Shown here: in pieces, positions 1 through 10,138 of the stretch
How the letters are laid out: each line of letters begins with the position of its first letter
How positions within the stretch are numbered: the stretch's first letter is position 1
From: an uncultured Verrucomicrobiae bacterium
GTDB taxonomy: Bacteria; Verrucomicrobiota; Verrucomicrobiia; Chthoniobacterales; UBA10450
Length of the DNA: 64,000 nucleotides
NCBI GenBank assembly: GCA_963726745.1
Contig: CAVSDR010000006.1
Coordinates: forward strand, 352,001-416,000
Direction of reading: 5' to 3'
Translations under genes and position numbers: made by a program
The notes under the pieces: model-generated
The model's database searches: none
What the model was told of the DNA's origin: nothing
What the model saw: the letters and a program-made list of their open reading frames with translations, nothing else

Positions 1-29
1 TGCATTATGAGGAGTAGCGGAAGCTCGAT

Positions 30-1661
30 ATGATCCGGCGCCTGCTCATCTATGCGGCCTTAATTGCCGGCAGCCTCGTCTTTGTCTGGCCCTTCCTCTG
101 GATGGCCGCGACCTCGGCCAAGCTCGACCGCGAGATGTTCGCGGGAAACCGGTTGCTCCCGGAAACGCCGGTCCCGCGCCTGCAATCGCCTTACCTCGAC
201 GAGCGCATCTTTGCCGAGGTGGAAGCGGGAAAAGCGCTCCCGCTGATCGAGGCGCAGCTGGCCGCGCTCGCCTACCCGTGGCCCGCGGACGTCGATCAGA
301 CCGCCCTCGAAAAACAGGTCGCGCGCGGCCTTTCCCAACAGCTGCAAAACTCCCTCCCGCCCGAGACCTGGAAGCTGCCTAACGAGGCGTTGGCGCCCAC
401 CATCGCAGCTGCGATCACGCCGAAATTAGTCAGCGATCTGGTGGCGCAGGTGCGCCACGTTTTCGGCGTCGGCCAACTGCTGGCCCGCTCAACCGACCTC
501 CAGGAAGACAAGCTTGTTTCCGCGGACCGCGCCGCGACCGCCTGGCAGGTCGCGGGCAGCGCCGCTGCGCAGCTCACTCCCGCCGGCAGCGCGACGGAGC
601 CCTACGCGCAATTAGCCTACGATTTCACCCGCGGCGACACCGTGATCCTGTCGCAGACCTTCACCACCACGTTCCCAGTGGAGAAGCTCTTCCGCTTGCA
701 GATGGCGTTGCGCTACGACAACACCTGGCACGCGCTCCGGCTCTTCGTGGAGAAAAATGGCGTGCGCTTCCGCGCAGTCCGCGCGCTCGAAGCCTCGGAC
801 TCGAACTGGGTGGTCAACACCTGGCAGGAGCCCGGACCGGACGATGAGCTCACGCGCATCCGCACCTGGACGCTGCTGAAACCGGTGGGCTCTTCGCCGG
901 TAACCGCGCCTAACGAGATGAAGATCACGCTCGAGTTGCGCCAGGTGAATCAACTCGAAGCCTGGTGGTCCAAGCTGCGGCGGAACTACCGGCTGACGCT
1001 CGATTACATCCCGTTCTGGCGTTACGTCGGCACGAGCGTTTTTTTGGTGATCCTGAACTTAGTCGGCACGCTCTTCAGTTGCTCGCTCGTGGCCTACAGC
1101 TTTGCCCGGCTGCAATGGCCCGGCCGCAATTTCTGCTTCGCGCTCATGCTCGCGACCATGATGCTGCCCGCGCAGGTCACGATGATCCCGCAATTCCTGA
1201 TCATGCAAAGACTGGGCTGGTATAACACGCTCACGCCGCTCTGGATTGCGAGCTTTGTCGCGCCGGCCTTCTACGTCTTTTTGTTGCGCCAATTCCTCAA
1301 AGGCATCCCGCGCGATCTCGAGGATGCGGCGCGGCTCGATGGCTGTGGTTATTTCCGGATCTACTGGCACATCATGTTGCCGCTGATCAAACCGACGCTG
1401 GCCGCGATCGCGATCTTCACCTTTCTCGCCACCTGGAATGAATTCATGGCGCCGTTAATTTACTTAAGCGACAAGCGCCTCTACCCCCTCTCCTTCGGGC
1501 TCTATGCTTTCCAGGTAGAGATCGCGAATCCCGGCACGGCCAAGGGCATGGGGATGATGATGGCCGGCTCGCTCCTGATGACTTTGCCGGTGATCGCGAT
1601 CTTCTTTTTCGCGCAGCGCTACTTCCTCCGCGGCGTGACCCTCACGGGGATGAAGGGATAG
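30..1661 (+). CDS. Carbohydrate ABC transporter permease (MalG-like) with a large extracytoplasmic insertion
   Basis: N-terminal TM (PFLWMAATSAK); C-terminal half has AYSFARL, IPRDLEDAARLDG (EAA motif) and FLATWNEF; about 280 aa hydrophilic insert between them. Confidence 0.9.
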   Translation: MIRRLLIYAALIAGSLVFVWPFLWMAATSAKLDREMFAGNRLLPETPVPRLQSPYLDERIFAEVEAGKALPLIEAQLAALAYPWPADVDQTALEKQVARGLSQQLQNSLPPETWKLPNEALAPTIAAAITPKLVSDLVAQVRHVFGVGQLLARSTDLQEDKLVSADRAATAWQVAGSAAAQLTPAGSATEPYAQLAYDFTRGDTVILSQTFTTTFPVEKLFRLQMALRYDNTWHALRLFVEKNGVRFRAVRALEASDSNWVVNTWQEPGPDDELTRIRTWTLLKPVGSSPVTAPNEMKITLELRQVNQLEAWWSKLRRNYRLTLDYIPFWRYVGTSVFLVILNLVGTLFSCSLVAYSFARLQWPGRNFCFALMLATMMLPAQVTMIPQFLIMQRLGWYNTLTPLWIASFVAPAFYVFLLRQFLKGIPRDLEDAARLDGCGYFRIYWHIMLPLIKPTLAAIAIFTFLATWNEFMAPLIYLSDKRLYPLSFGLYAFQVEIANPGTAKGMGMMMAGSLLMTLPVIAIFFFAQRYFLRGVTLTGMKG

Positions 1662-2199
1662 CCGGCAAGATGCCGAGCAGGCTGCCACGCGTGGCCGGCA
1701 ATTTTCCAAAGAGCGCCGCGAGCGCGCGCGCCGGGTGGCTCCTGACTGCGGCCGCATCGTGCACACCCGCGATGCGCGCGAGCTCCATCTCGAAATGCGT
1801 CACCGCACGAAGTGTCGGCTCTTTTTCGGAAAGGAAACCGAAGGCGCGTTGCAGGAGCGAGAAGAGTTCCGGCTCGTGGTGATCGGACTCCGTGCAAAGC
1901 TCGATCAACTCGACGAAATAACTCGCCGCCTGCGTCCGCGGATAGCTTAGGCGAATGCCGGAAAATGTCTCGAGGAGCGAGACTTCACGGAGCGTGTGCA
2001 GAGTCGAGCGCTTGCTCAGCGCGAGCTGGATTTCCGCCTCGAAGAAAAGGTCGAGCTTGCCGGCAAACGGGCTCTTCGCGCGGCGCGCGCCCTTGGCCAC
2101 CGTCTGGATCACGCCGAGCGAATCGGTGCACCAGGAGATGATCAGGCTGGTGTCGCTGAGCTTGCGCTTGCGCAGGAGAATGGCGCGCGTGCTTTGCAC
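1642..2199 (-). CDS. recO: DNA repair protein RecO
   Basis: AILLRK..SDTSLII, VAKGARRAKSPFAGKLDLF motif of the RecO N-terminal OB domain. Confidence 0.9.
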   Translation of the reverse strand: MQSTRAILLRKRKLSDTSLIISWCTDSLGVIQTVAKGARRAKSPFAGKLDLFFEAEIQLALSKRSTLHTLREVSLLETFSGIRLSYPRTQAASYFVELIELCTESDHHEPELFSLLQRAFGFLSEKEPTLRAVTHFEMELARIAGVHDAAAVRSHPARALAALFGKLPATRGSLLGILPAIPSSP

Positions 2200-2202
2200 T
2201 CG

Positions 2203-3832
2203 TTAGCCGACGTAGCGCTGCGCGATCGGCATGCGCCGGCCGAGGCCAAAGGCGCGGCTCGTGACCTTGATTCCGGGGGCGGCCTGCTCGCGCTTGTATT
2301 CATTTAAGTCGACCCGGCGCTGGACCCAGCGCACGGTCGTTTCCTCGAAGCCGGCGCTGAACAATGTCGGAAGCGCTCAGGTTTTCCTCCACGTAGAGGC
2401 GCAGGATTTCGTCGAGGATCTCGTAGGGCGGGAGCGTGTCCTGGTCTTTCTGGTCGGGCTTGAGCTCGGCGCTTGGCGGCTTCTCGATCGTCGCGGACGG
2501 GATCACTTCGCGCTCGCGATTCATCCAACGGGAAAGCTCGTAGACCATCGTCTTGGGAACGTCGCTGATGACCGCGAGACCGCCGGCCATATCGCCGTAG
2601 ATCGTGCAATAACCAACCGCGAGCTCGCTCTTGTTTCCGGTGGTCAGAAGGATGTGGCCGAACTTATTAGACAGCGACATCAGGATCATGCCGCGCAGGC
2701 GCGACTGCATGTTTTCCTCCGTCGTGTCCTCCGGCAGTCCCTGAAAAACTTCGGCAAACTGCGCTTTGAAGCAGCCGAAGGCATCGCCGATCGGAATGCT
2801 CAGGCATTTGATCCCGAGATTGCGCGCGAGCGCAAAGGCGTCCTCGATGCTTCCCTGCGACGAGTAAGGGCTGGGCATGGAAACACCGACCACGTTTTCC
2901 GCTCCGAGCGCTTCCACCGCGAGCGCCGCGACCACCGCGGAATCGATCCCGCCGCTTAGCCCGAGCACGGCCGAGCGGAAGCCGCACTTCCGCAGGTAAT
3001 CGCGCAGGCCGAGCACGAGCGCGTCATTCAGATCGGCCATGGCCGCGCGCGAAACAGCCGGCAAGATGGCGGCTGCCGCGGTGTCCACCACGGCTTCCGC
3101 TTCGCGGAATCCCGGAAGCTGCGCGATCAAATCACCCCGCTGATTCACCGCGATCGAGTGGCCATCGAAAACGAGCTGGTCGTTTCCACCGACTGCGTTG
3201 CAATAGCAAATCGCGCGGCCGAATTGGCGCGCGAGCCCGGCGACCAGGTCGCGGCGCACCGCCGGCTTGTCGAGGCTGAACGGGGAAGCGCTCAGGTTCA
3301 CGATCAACTCCGCGCCTTGCGCGACTAACGACTCCACCGGCCGGAGGTCGTAGTAGGGGCGCCCGAGGAATTCCTCCGTCCAGATGTCTTCACAGATGGT
3401 GACGCCGATTTTTCGACCGCCGATTTCCACCGGGGCCACGGCGCGGGCGCGCTCGAAATAGCGGTCTTCATCAAAGACATCGTAGGTCGGCAGGAGCGAT
3501 TTGTGCGTCATGCGCATCGGCCGGCCACGCTCGAGGACAGCCGCGGAATTGAAGAAAGGCTTCCCGACGCCGGAGTTTTTCTCCACGCAGCCGACGATTA
3601 GCGGCACCGGACCGACGAGCGCATGCAGCCGCTCGACCAGGGCGAGGTTTTCGGGGACAAAGCGCGACTTGAAGACGAGGTCCTGTGGCGGGTAACCGGG
3701 GATTGCCAATTCCGGGGTGATCACCAATTCGGCGCCTGCCGCGGCGAGACGCTCATAGGCCGCCGCGACCTTCTCGAAGTTTCCCTGGAGGTCGCCGACG
3801 GTCGGGTTGATTTGCGCAAAGCCGACTCTCAT
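2203..3832 (-). CDS. nadE: Glutamine-dependent NAD+ synthetase; one-base frameshift near 2353
   Basis: Nitrilase domain ([30 protein letters not shown]) plus LSGGIDS and TGNKSE; the C-terminus [16 protein letters not shown]...RRMPIA continues in another frame to TAA at 2203-2205. Confidence 0.93.
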
Positions 3833-3869
3833 CTCGCGCCCAGAGCGTAGGCGCAGCGCCGCCGCCGCG

Positions 3870-4031
3870 CTAGTGCCGCTCCGCCAGGTCGTGCGGGGCG
3901 GTGTTCTTGTAGCCGGCGTTCAGGGCTTCGTCCGCGCCGGTGATGAACATTTTACCCCACTGGAAAAGGCCGGCCGCCAGGAAGCCTGCAATCAGGCAAA
4001 GGATCACCTTTTGGGAAAACGTGGCGTGCAT
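3870..4031 (-). CDS. Small (53 aa) predicted membrane protein, below the ORF-track cutoff
   Basis: Read by hand: MHATFSQKVILCLIAGFLAAGLFQWGKMFITGADEALNAGYKNTAPHDLAERH*; GC3-rich codons; fills the gap between two minus-strand genes. Confidence 0.65.
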   Translation of the reverse strand: MHATFSQKVILCLIAGFLAAGLFQWGKMFITGADEALNAGYKNTAPHDLAERH

Positions 4032-4079
4032 CTCGCCGGCTAAATTAGCAGGCGCAGTGCCACTGGACGCTCGGAGTTC

Positions 4080-4775
4080 CTACCAAAAGCCCCACTGGCC
4101 GGTATGCATAATCCAGAGGCCAAGAAGGAGATTGGTGAGCGCATGCGCGAGGACACAGGAGCCGAGGCTTTTCGTTCGATAGGCCACGAAATTGTAGAGC
4201 GCGCCGGTGATCGCGGCGGGAATCCAATCGGCCGTTGAATGCGCCAGGGTGAAGCCGCCAGTCACGACCGCGAAGGAGAGCCAGCTGAAGCTTCCGAAAG
4301 CTACCCGGTCGAATTTCTCGTCGATGAAGTAGCGCAACAAGAATCCCCGCCAAAAGATTTCCTCGACCAGCGGCACCACCACGACCAAGCGCAGAAAGCG
4401 CAGGAGGACGGAGGACCACCAAATGCCGGAGCGCGGCGGGAAGACATCTGGATTGAACCCCTCAAGCCGCGGGGCAAACCCAAGGAATGCCTGCGGAGAA
4501 ATCCACAGGAGAAAGACCAACGTCCCGACCGCACCGACAAAGAACACCTGGCGCACTCCGGCGAATTCGTAGCGCCGCCAAAACCAGAGGAGCAAGCCGC
4601 CGCAGACCAGGGTTTGCACCGGAAAGACCCAGTACTGCGGCTCGCGCAGGGCAAAGGCCGCGCTCCCGGCGAGCCGCACCAGACTAACGAGAGCAAGAAA
4701 GCCGATGAAGACGGCCATGGGCAGGGTGTAGGCTGGCAGCTTGCCATCCGTGCGGGAGGTGCTTAGAGAGAGCAT
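4080..4775 (-). CDS. CAAX prenyl protease-related (CPBP family) intramembrane protease
   Basis: Multiple TM segments; EEIFWRG, FTLAH and AHALTN CPBP motifs. Confidence 0.88.
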   Translation of the reverse strand: MLSLSTSRTDGKLPAYTLPMAVFIGFLALVSLVRLAGSAAFALREPQYWVFPVQTLVCGGLLLWFWRRYEFAGVRQVFFVGAVGTLVFLLWISPQAFLGFAPRLEGFNPDVFPPRSGIWWSSVLLRFLRLVVVVPLVEEIFWRGFLLRYFIDEKFDRVAFGSFSWLSFAVVTGGFTLAHSTADWIPAAITGALYNFVAYRTKSLGSCVLAHALTNLLLGLWIMHTGQWGFW

Positions 4776-4804
4776 GAGTGCAGCGCCCTACGTGGGCTGA
4801 ATTG

Positions 4805-5092
4805 ATGACCGACGGCAACCGCAAACCTGACCCCGATCCCGAGATTCTGATGAAGATGCTCGAGCTGGAGTTTGCCCAAAAGCGGGCTCAGCGAGCGCAA
4901 CTAAAGGGGCGCCTCAATGGCGTACGCGCGCTCGCGTTTCTCTTTCTTTTCCTGGTCATCGGCGGGGCTGTCTGGGCTTACTTTGTCTTCGTCCGAGCGG
5001 ATCGTCTGGGCGAACCGCACCCTGCGCAGTCCTCGCCAGAGCTGGAGCCAGCGCTCAGCGCGACGCCTCTACCTGCGGCCTCGCCGCGGTAG
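4805..5092 (+). CDS. Hypothetical single-TM protein
   Basis: MTDGNRKPDPDPE... with a hydrophobic stretch ALAFLFLFLVIGGAVWAYFVFV; abuts the kinase gene. Confidence 0.6.
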   Translation: MTDGNRKPDPDPEILMKMLELEFAQKRAQRAQLKGRLNGVRALAFLFLFLVIGGAVWAYFVFVRADRLGEPHPAQSSPELEPALSATPLPAASPR

Positions 5093-5093
5093 G

Positions 5094-6938
5094 ATGACGA
5101 TCCGCTTCGAAACCCAGGTTGCTGCGGGTTCACTCCTGGCCGCGGCGGTCCTTGCGACCATTGCCGGTTTTTCGCTGGTCGCGGTGCACGACGCCGCCAT
5201 GACAGCGCACGAGGTTAGCCATACCTCCAAGGTGCTCGCAGAACTGCAAAGCACGCTCGCGGCTCTTTCCGACGCTGAGTCGGGCGTGCACGGCTTTCTC
5301 CTGACCGACGAACCAGCCTACCTCGAGCGGCAGGGAAAGGATTTCCAGCGCACGCGCGACTCTTTGCACCGGTTGGCCCGCGCCACGCGCAAGGATCCGC
5401 AAACGCGCGCTCGGGTCGCGCAACTGCGCGCGGAGGTAGGCGAGAAACTGGATTTCATGCGCGAGCTGCAAGCTGCACGCGAGAGACTCGGCCCCGCTGC
5501 GACCGCGGGGCTGGTGGTGACCGGCCGCGGGCGGGAGCTGATGGATCGCGTGACCGCCTCCGCCGCCGCTTTGGAGGAAAGTGAACGCGCGCTCTTGGTG
5601 AACCGCGAGGAAGCCGCCCGCGACAGCGCGCGCCGGAACATTCGGGCGGTCCTGCTCGCGGCCGCCGGCGATATCCTCCTCCTGGGCCTGGCCGTGTTGA
5701 TGATCCGCCGCGAGATCAAGGCGCGGCGGGAACTGGCCGAGCGGCTGCAGGACGAAGCCACGCGCTTGAATGCAATCATCCAGACGCAGGAGCAGATCGC
5801 GGAACGGGAATTGGAACCCGAGAGCGCTTTCGCCATGGTCGCGGAGCGCGCCCGCCGCCTGACCGGCGCCAGCGGTTCTAGCCTGCACTTTCTCGAAGGC
5901 GAGGAACTCGTGCGCCGGGCCGCGACCGGCGTGGCCGCCAATCCCTCGCCGCAGGCCGGGACGGAATTGCACCGGCTGACCGAGGCCTGCCTCGCGCGGC
6001 AGGAGTTAATGGCGAGCAACCACCTCGAGCCGGCCGGCGGCGGCGAGTGCGAAATTTGCAGCGTGATCCTGGCTCCGCTGCCCGGCGCCAGCGGTGCGCT
6101 CGGCGTGCTCGAAGTGCATTCCGAGAAGCGGGACGCCTTCTCGCGCACCGACCAACAGGCCCTCGCGCTCATCGCCGGTTTTGCCGCCACCGCCCTCGGC
6201 AACGCCAAGGCCTTCGCCACTCGCCAGCAGTTGATTAATCAACTGACCGCGCTCAACGAAGAACTCGAGGCTTTCAGCTTCTCCGTCTCGCACGATCTGC
6301 GTGCGCCGCTGCGGCACATCGATGGCTTCGTGGATCTACTGCGCCAACACGCCGGCCCCACGGCGGACGCGAAGACGCAGCATTATCTCGAGGTGATCGC
6401 CTCGGCGGCGCAACAGATGAGCCGCTTGATTGATGACCTGCTGGCCTTTGCGCGCATCGGCCGCGCGGAGTTGCATCGCGTGCCGGTGGATCTCGAGGAG
6501 CTCGTCCGCGCGGTCGTGGCCGAAATGGCTGATGACCTCGAGGGCCGCGCCATCGATTGGCAGATCGAGCCGCTGCCAACTGTCCAGGCCGATGCCACTT
6601 TGCTCCGCCAGGTGATGACCAATCTGCTGGCTAATGCCGCCAAGTATACCCGCCCGCGCGCCCCCGCGGTGATCACAACTGGCGCGACCCGCGAAAACGG
6701 TGAAGTTGTCGTCTACGTGCGTGACAACGGGGTGGGCTTCGAGCCGCAATCAGCCAGCCGGCTCTTCGGAGTCTTCGAGCGACTGCATGCGGCCGAGGAG
6801 TTCGAAGGGGTCGGCATTGGCCTGGCAAATGTCCGTCGTGTGATCCAAAAACACGGGGGCCGCGTCTGGGCCGAGGGCGTCCCCGGCGTTGGCGCGACTT
6901 TCTATTTTACCCTGCCCGATCCAACTGCCCCGCTTTGA
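5094..6938 (+). CDS. CHASE3-GAF sensor histidine kinase
   Basis: TM-CHASE3 (DAESGVHGFLLT...GRELMD)-TM-GAF, H-box SVSHDLRAPLRHI, N/G boxes NLLANAAKY, DNGVGF, GVGIGLA; start reassigned to ATG 5094. Confidence 0.9.
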   Translation: MTIRFETQVAAGSLLAAAVLATIAGFSLVAVHDAAMTAHEVSHTSKVLAELQSTLAALSDAESGVHGFLLTDEPAYLERQGKDFQRTRDSLHRLARATRKDPQTRARVAQLRAEVGEKLDFMRELQAARERLGPAATAGLVVTGRGRELMDRVTASAAALEESERALLVNREEAARDSARRNIRAVLLAAAGDILLLGLAVLMIRREIKARRELAERLQDEATRLNAIIQTQEQIAERELEPESAFAMVAERARRLTGASGSSLHFLEGEELVRRAATGVAANPSPQAGTELHRLTEACLARQELMASNHLEPAGGGECEICSVILAPLPGASGALGVLEVHSEKRDAFSRTDQQALALIAGFAATALGNAKAFATRQQLINQLTALNEELEAFSFSVSHDLRAPLRHIDGFVDLLRQHAGPTADAKTQHYLEVIASAAQQMSRLIDDLLAFARIGRAELHRVPVDLEELVRAVVAEMADDLEGRAIDWQIEPLPTVQADATLLRQVMTNLLANAAKYTRPRAPAVITTGATRENGEVVVYVRDNGVGFEPQSASRLFGVFERLHAAEEFEGVGIGLANVRRVIQKHGGRVWAEGVPGVGATFYFTLPDPTAPL

Positions 6939-9250
6939 AGACCGAGCCTACGATCGAGATTATTCATCTGGAGGACAGCGCGCTCGACTTCGAGCTGGCG
7001 CAGGAGCAATTGCGCAGCGCCGGGCTGGAGGCGCACGTGGTGCGGGTGCAGACGGAGGCGGAACTTCGCGCGCAGTTGAAACGCCCCGAGGTCGACCTCG
7101 TCCTCGCGGACATGAAGTGTCCCGGCTGCGATGGCTTTCGCGCCCTCGCCCTGGTGCGCGAGGAACGTCCGGACGTTCCGTTCCTTTTCCTTTCGGGGAC
7201 GATGGATCACCGCGACGCGGTCGAATCGCTGAGCGCCGGCGTGACCGATTTCGTCTTTAAGCAACACCTCCCGCAGGTCGTGCCCGCGGTCCGGCGCGCG
7301 ATTCGTGAAGCGCGCGAACGCGCGGAGCTGCAGAAGGCGCGCGCGAACCTCAACGCCCAGGCCGAACTCCTCGACCTGGCGAACGACAGCATCATTCTCT
7401 GCGATTCCGGGGAGCGCATCACCTACTGGAATTGCGGCTCGCAACGCCTCTACGGCTGGACCCGCGCGGAAGCGGTCGGGCGGCCGGTGCACGAGCTCCT
7501 CCGAACCAGTTTTCCTCACGGCCAGGCCGAGGTTGAAAAAGCTCTCCGCCAGGAGTCGCACTGGGAAGGCGAGCTCGAACAGACCCGCCGCGATGGCACG
7601 CTCCTTTGCGTCGCGAGTCACTGGACGCTGAAGGCCGACAGCCACGAGTTCGCCCGGCTGCTGATCAACACCGACATCACCGCGCGCAAGAAGACCGAGG
7701 ATGCGCTGCGATATAGCGAAGAACGCTACCGGCGTTTCGTCGACGAAGATTTAACCGGCAACATCATCATTCGCAGTGATGGCCACATCGAGACCTGCAA
7801 CCCCGCGTTTCTCCGCATCTTCGGTTTCGCTTCCACCGAGGAGGCGCTCCAGACAAATTTCATGTCGCTCCTGCGCACCCGGCGCGACGCGGTCGACTTG
7901 ATGGAAAAGGTGCGCGAGCAACGCACGCTCGACCGCTATGAAATGGAGATGCGCCAGCCGAGCGGCGAAGCGGTTTACGCGATCTCGCGGCTCGTCGGCA
8001 GTTTCGATGCCGCGGGCGCACTGACCCACGTGCAGGTTTACCTGTTCAACGACACCAAGCGGAAGCGCCTCGAGCAACAGCTGGTGCAGGCGCAAAAGAT
8101 GGAAGGCCTGGGCACCCTCGCCGGCGGCATCGCGCACGACTTTAACAACATCCTCGCGATTATCCTCGGTTACACCACCCAGCTGGAAAAACGGGGCCCG
8201 ACCCAGCCGGAGCAAATCCCGGTGGCGACCAAGGTCATCCGTGAAGCGGTCGAGCGCGGCGCCGCCCTGGTGCAGCAGCTCCTCACCTCCGCCCGCCAGA
8301 CGGAATCGCGCCTGAGCGCAACCGACCTGAACGATCTGGTGCGTGAACTCGAGCGCATGCTCCGCGCCACTTTCCCGAAGACGATCGACTTTAAGCTCGA
8401 TCTCCTGCCGGACTTGCCGCTGGTCACGGCCGATCGCAGCCAGATCCACCAGGTGCTCCTGAACCTTTGCGTGAACGCGCGCGACGCCATGCCGCGCGGC
8501 GGCTCGGTCTCGCTCGAGACTTGCCTAACAAGTGGCCGCGAGCTGGAGAAATTCTTCACCGGCGCCGATGCCCCCAGCTACGCTTGCGTGCGCGTGCGCG
8601 ATACCGGCGCGGGCATGACCGCGGAAGTGAAGGCGCACATCTTCGAGCCCTTCTACACCACCAAGGAGCGGGCCAAGGGCACCGGCCTGGGCCTTTCCGT
8701 GGTCTACGGTGTGGTCAACAATCACCGCGGTTTCATCCAGGTGGAAAGCGAGCCGGGAGCCGGCACCACTTTCAGCATTTACCTCCCACTCGCCGGCGTG
8801 ACCGGCAAAAAAGACGAAGGCGACGCGGAGCGACAACGCGGCTCCTGGGAACCGCAGACGATCCTGATCGCGGAGGACGAGGAGATGCTGCGCGAACTTT
8901 GCTCGGAGATTCTCCAGGGCGAAGGCTACCGCGTGCTCGCGGCCAAGGATGGCGTGGAAGCGGTGGAAATTTTCGCCGCCAACCGCGACGCCATCGGCCT
9001 GGTGGTGTGCGATCTCGGGCTTCCGCGCCTGAGCGGGCACGATGTTTTCCGCCAGCTCAAGGAGATGAAGCCAAGCGTGCGCGCGCTCATCGTGAGCGGT
9101 TATCTCGAGCCGGCGCAGCGCTCGGAAATTCTCAAGGCCGGGGTGATCGACACCATCCAGAAGCCGTATGATTTCCGCGAGTTGGTCGCGAAGATCCAGT
9201 CGGTCATCGGCAAGGCGCAGAGCGACGACGATCACCCCCAGCTCTTCTAG
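6935..9250 (+). CDS. Hybrid sensor kinase REC-PAS-PAS-HisKA-HATPase-REC
   Basis: HLEDS receiver, two PAS domains, GGIAHDFNN H-box, FEPFYTTK, GTGLGL, C-terminal receiver (AEDE, CDLGLP, QKPY). Confidence 0.92.
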   Translation: MKTEPTIEIIHLEDSALDFELAQEQLRSAGLEAHVVRVQTEAELRAQLKRPEVDLVLADMKCPGCDGFRALALVREERPDVPFLFLSGTMDHRDAVESLSAGVTDFVFKQHLPQVVPAVRRAIREARERAELQKARANLNAQAELLDLANDSIILCDSGERITYWNCGSQRLYGWTRAEAVGRPVHELLRTSFPHGQAEVEKALRQESHWEGELEQTRRDGTLLCVASHWTLKADSHEFARLLINTDITARKKTEDALRYSEERYRRFVDEDLTGNIIIRSDGHIETCNPAFLRIFGFASTEEALQTNFMSLLRTRRDAVDLMEKVREQRTLDRYEMEMRQPSGEAVYAISRLVGSFDAAGALTHVQVYLFNDTKRKRLEQQLVQAQKMEGLGTLAGGIAHDFNNILAIILGYTTQLEKRGPTQPEQIPVATKVIREAVERGAALVQQLLTSARQTESRLSATDLNDLVRELERMLRATFPKTIDFKLDLLPDLPLVTADRSQIHQVLLNLCVNARDAMPRGGSVSLETCLTSGRELEKFFTGADAPSYACVRVRDTGAGMTAEVKAHIFEPFYTTKERAKGTGLGLSVVYGVVNNHRGFIQVESEPGAGTTFSIYLPLAGVTGKKDEGDAERQRGSWEPQTILIAEDEEMLRELCSEILQGEGYRVLAAKDGVEAVEIFAANRDAIGLVVCDLGLPRLSGHDVFRQLKEMKPSVRALIVSGYLEPAQRSEILKAGVIDTIQKPYDFRELVAKIQSVIGKAQSDDDHPQLF

Positions 9251-9253
9251 TGC

Positions 9254-10138
9254 ATGGCGCCCGCAGGCAGGCCTGAGCATCGAATCTGGGCGCCGGGGCG
9301 CGTGGTTGCGATTGCCGGCACCACGTTCATTGAGCTCACCCGGCTGCGCGTTTTTCTCTTTCTCCTGCTCTTCGCGCTCCTGCTTATCGGCAGCTCGCTT
9401 TTCTTTGCCCGGCTCTCCTTCCAGCAGGAGTTCCAGCTCCTGAAAGACATCTCGTTAGGCGCGATGAGCCTGTTCACTTCGCTGCTCGCGATCCTCGCGA
9501 CCGCGCGCCTTCTGCCGCAGGATGTCGAGGAGCGCACCGTCTACACCATCCTGGCCAAGCCGGTGCCGCGCTGGGAGTATCTCGCTGGCAAACTTCTCGG
9601 CGTTCTCCTCCTGCTCGCGGTTGGCGTGCTCGTGATGGGTGCGTTTTTTGCCGTCGTCCTCTACGTGCGCGAGCACAGCGCGCTGGCTGAGATCGTCCGC
9701 GCGTCCCCGGCCGAGCAATTGGCGGCGCGTGCGGAAGTGCGCGCGGCCGCTTTCACCGCCGGTCTCCTTCCGGGCATCGCGATCATCTTTCTCAAAGGCG
9801 CGGTCCTCTCCGCGCTCACGCTTTTGCTTTCCACCTTCGCGACCTCGAACCTCTTCACCGTCGTGGCCGCGGTCTTCGTGTATTTCATCGGCCACCTGCA
9901 GGCGACCGCGCGGGAATTCTGGCTGCAGGAACAGGCAGCAGGATGGGGCGCGCGGATTTTCCTCGCCCTCGTGGCGCTGGTTTTCCCGGATCTGCAATCG
10001 TTCGACTTCGTCGACCAGGCGGTCTCCGGCGCCGCCATCTCGCTGTCTCTTTTCGCGCAAACCGCCGCGCTCGCCGGCTTCTACGTGGTCGTTTATTTTC
10101 TCTGCGCGATCGCTCTTTTCTCGGGAAAAGAATTGTGA
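9254..10138 (+). CDS. ABC-2 type transporter permease
   Basis: Six TM segments; DVEERTVYTILAKPVPRWEYLAGK motif. Confidence 0.85.
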   Translation: MAPAGRPEHRIWAPGRVVAIAGTTFIELTRLRVFLFLLLFALLLIGSSLFFARLSFQQEFQLLKDISLGAMSLFTSLLAILATARLLPQDVEERTVYTILAKPVPRWEYLAGKLLGVLLLLAVGVLVMGAFFAVVLYVREHSALAEIVRASPAEQLAARAEVRAAAFTAGLLPGIAIIFLKGAVLSALTLLLSTFATSNLFTVVAAVFVYFIGHLQATAREFWLQEQAAGWGARIFLALVALVFPDLQSFDFVDQAVSGAAISLSLFAQTAALAGFYVVVYFLCAIALFSGKEL

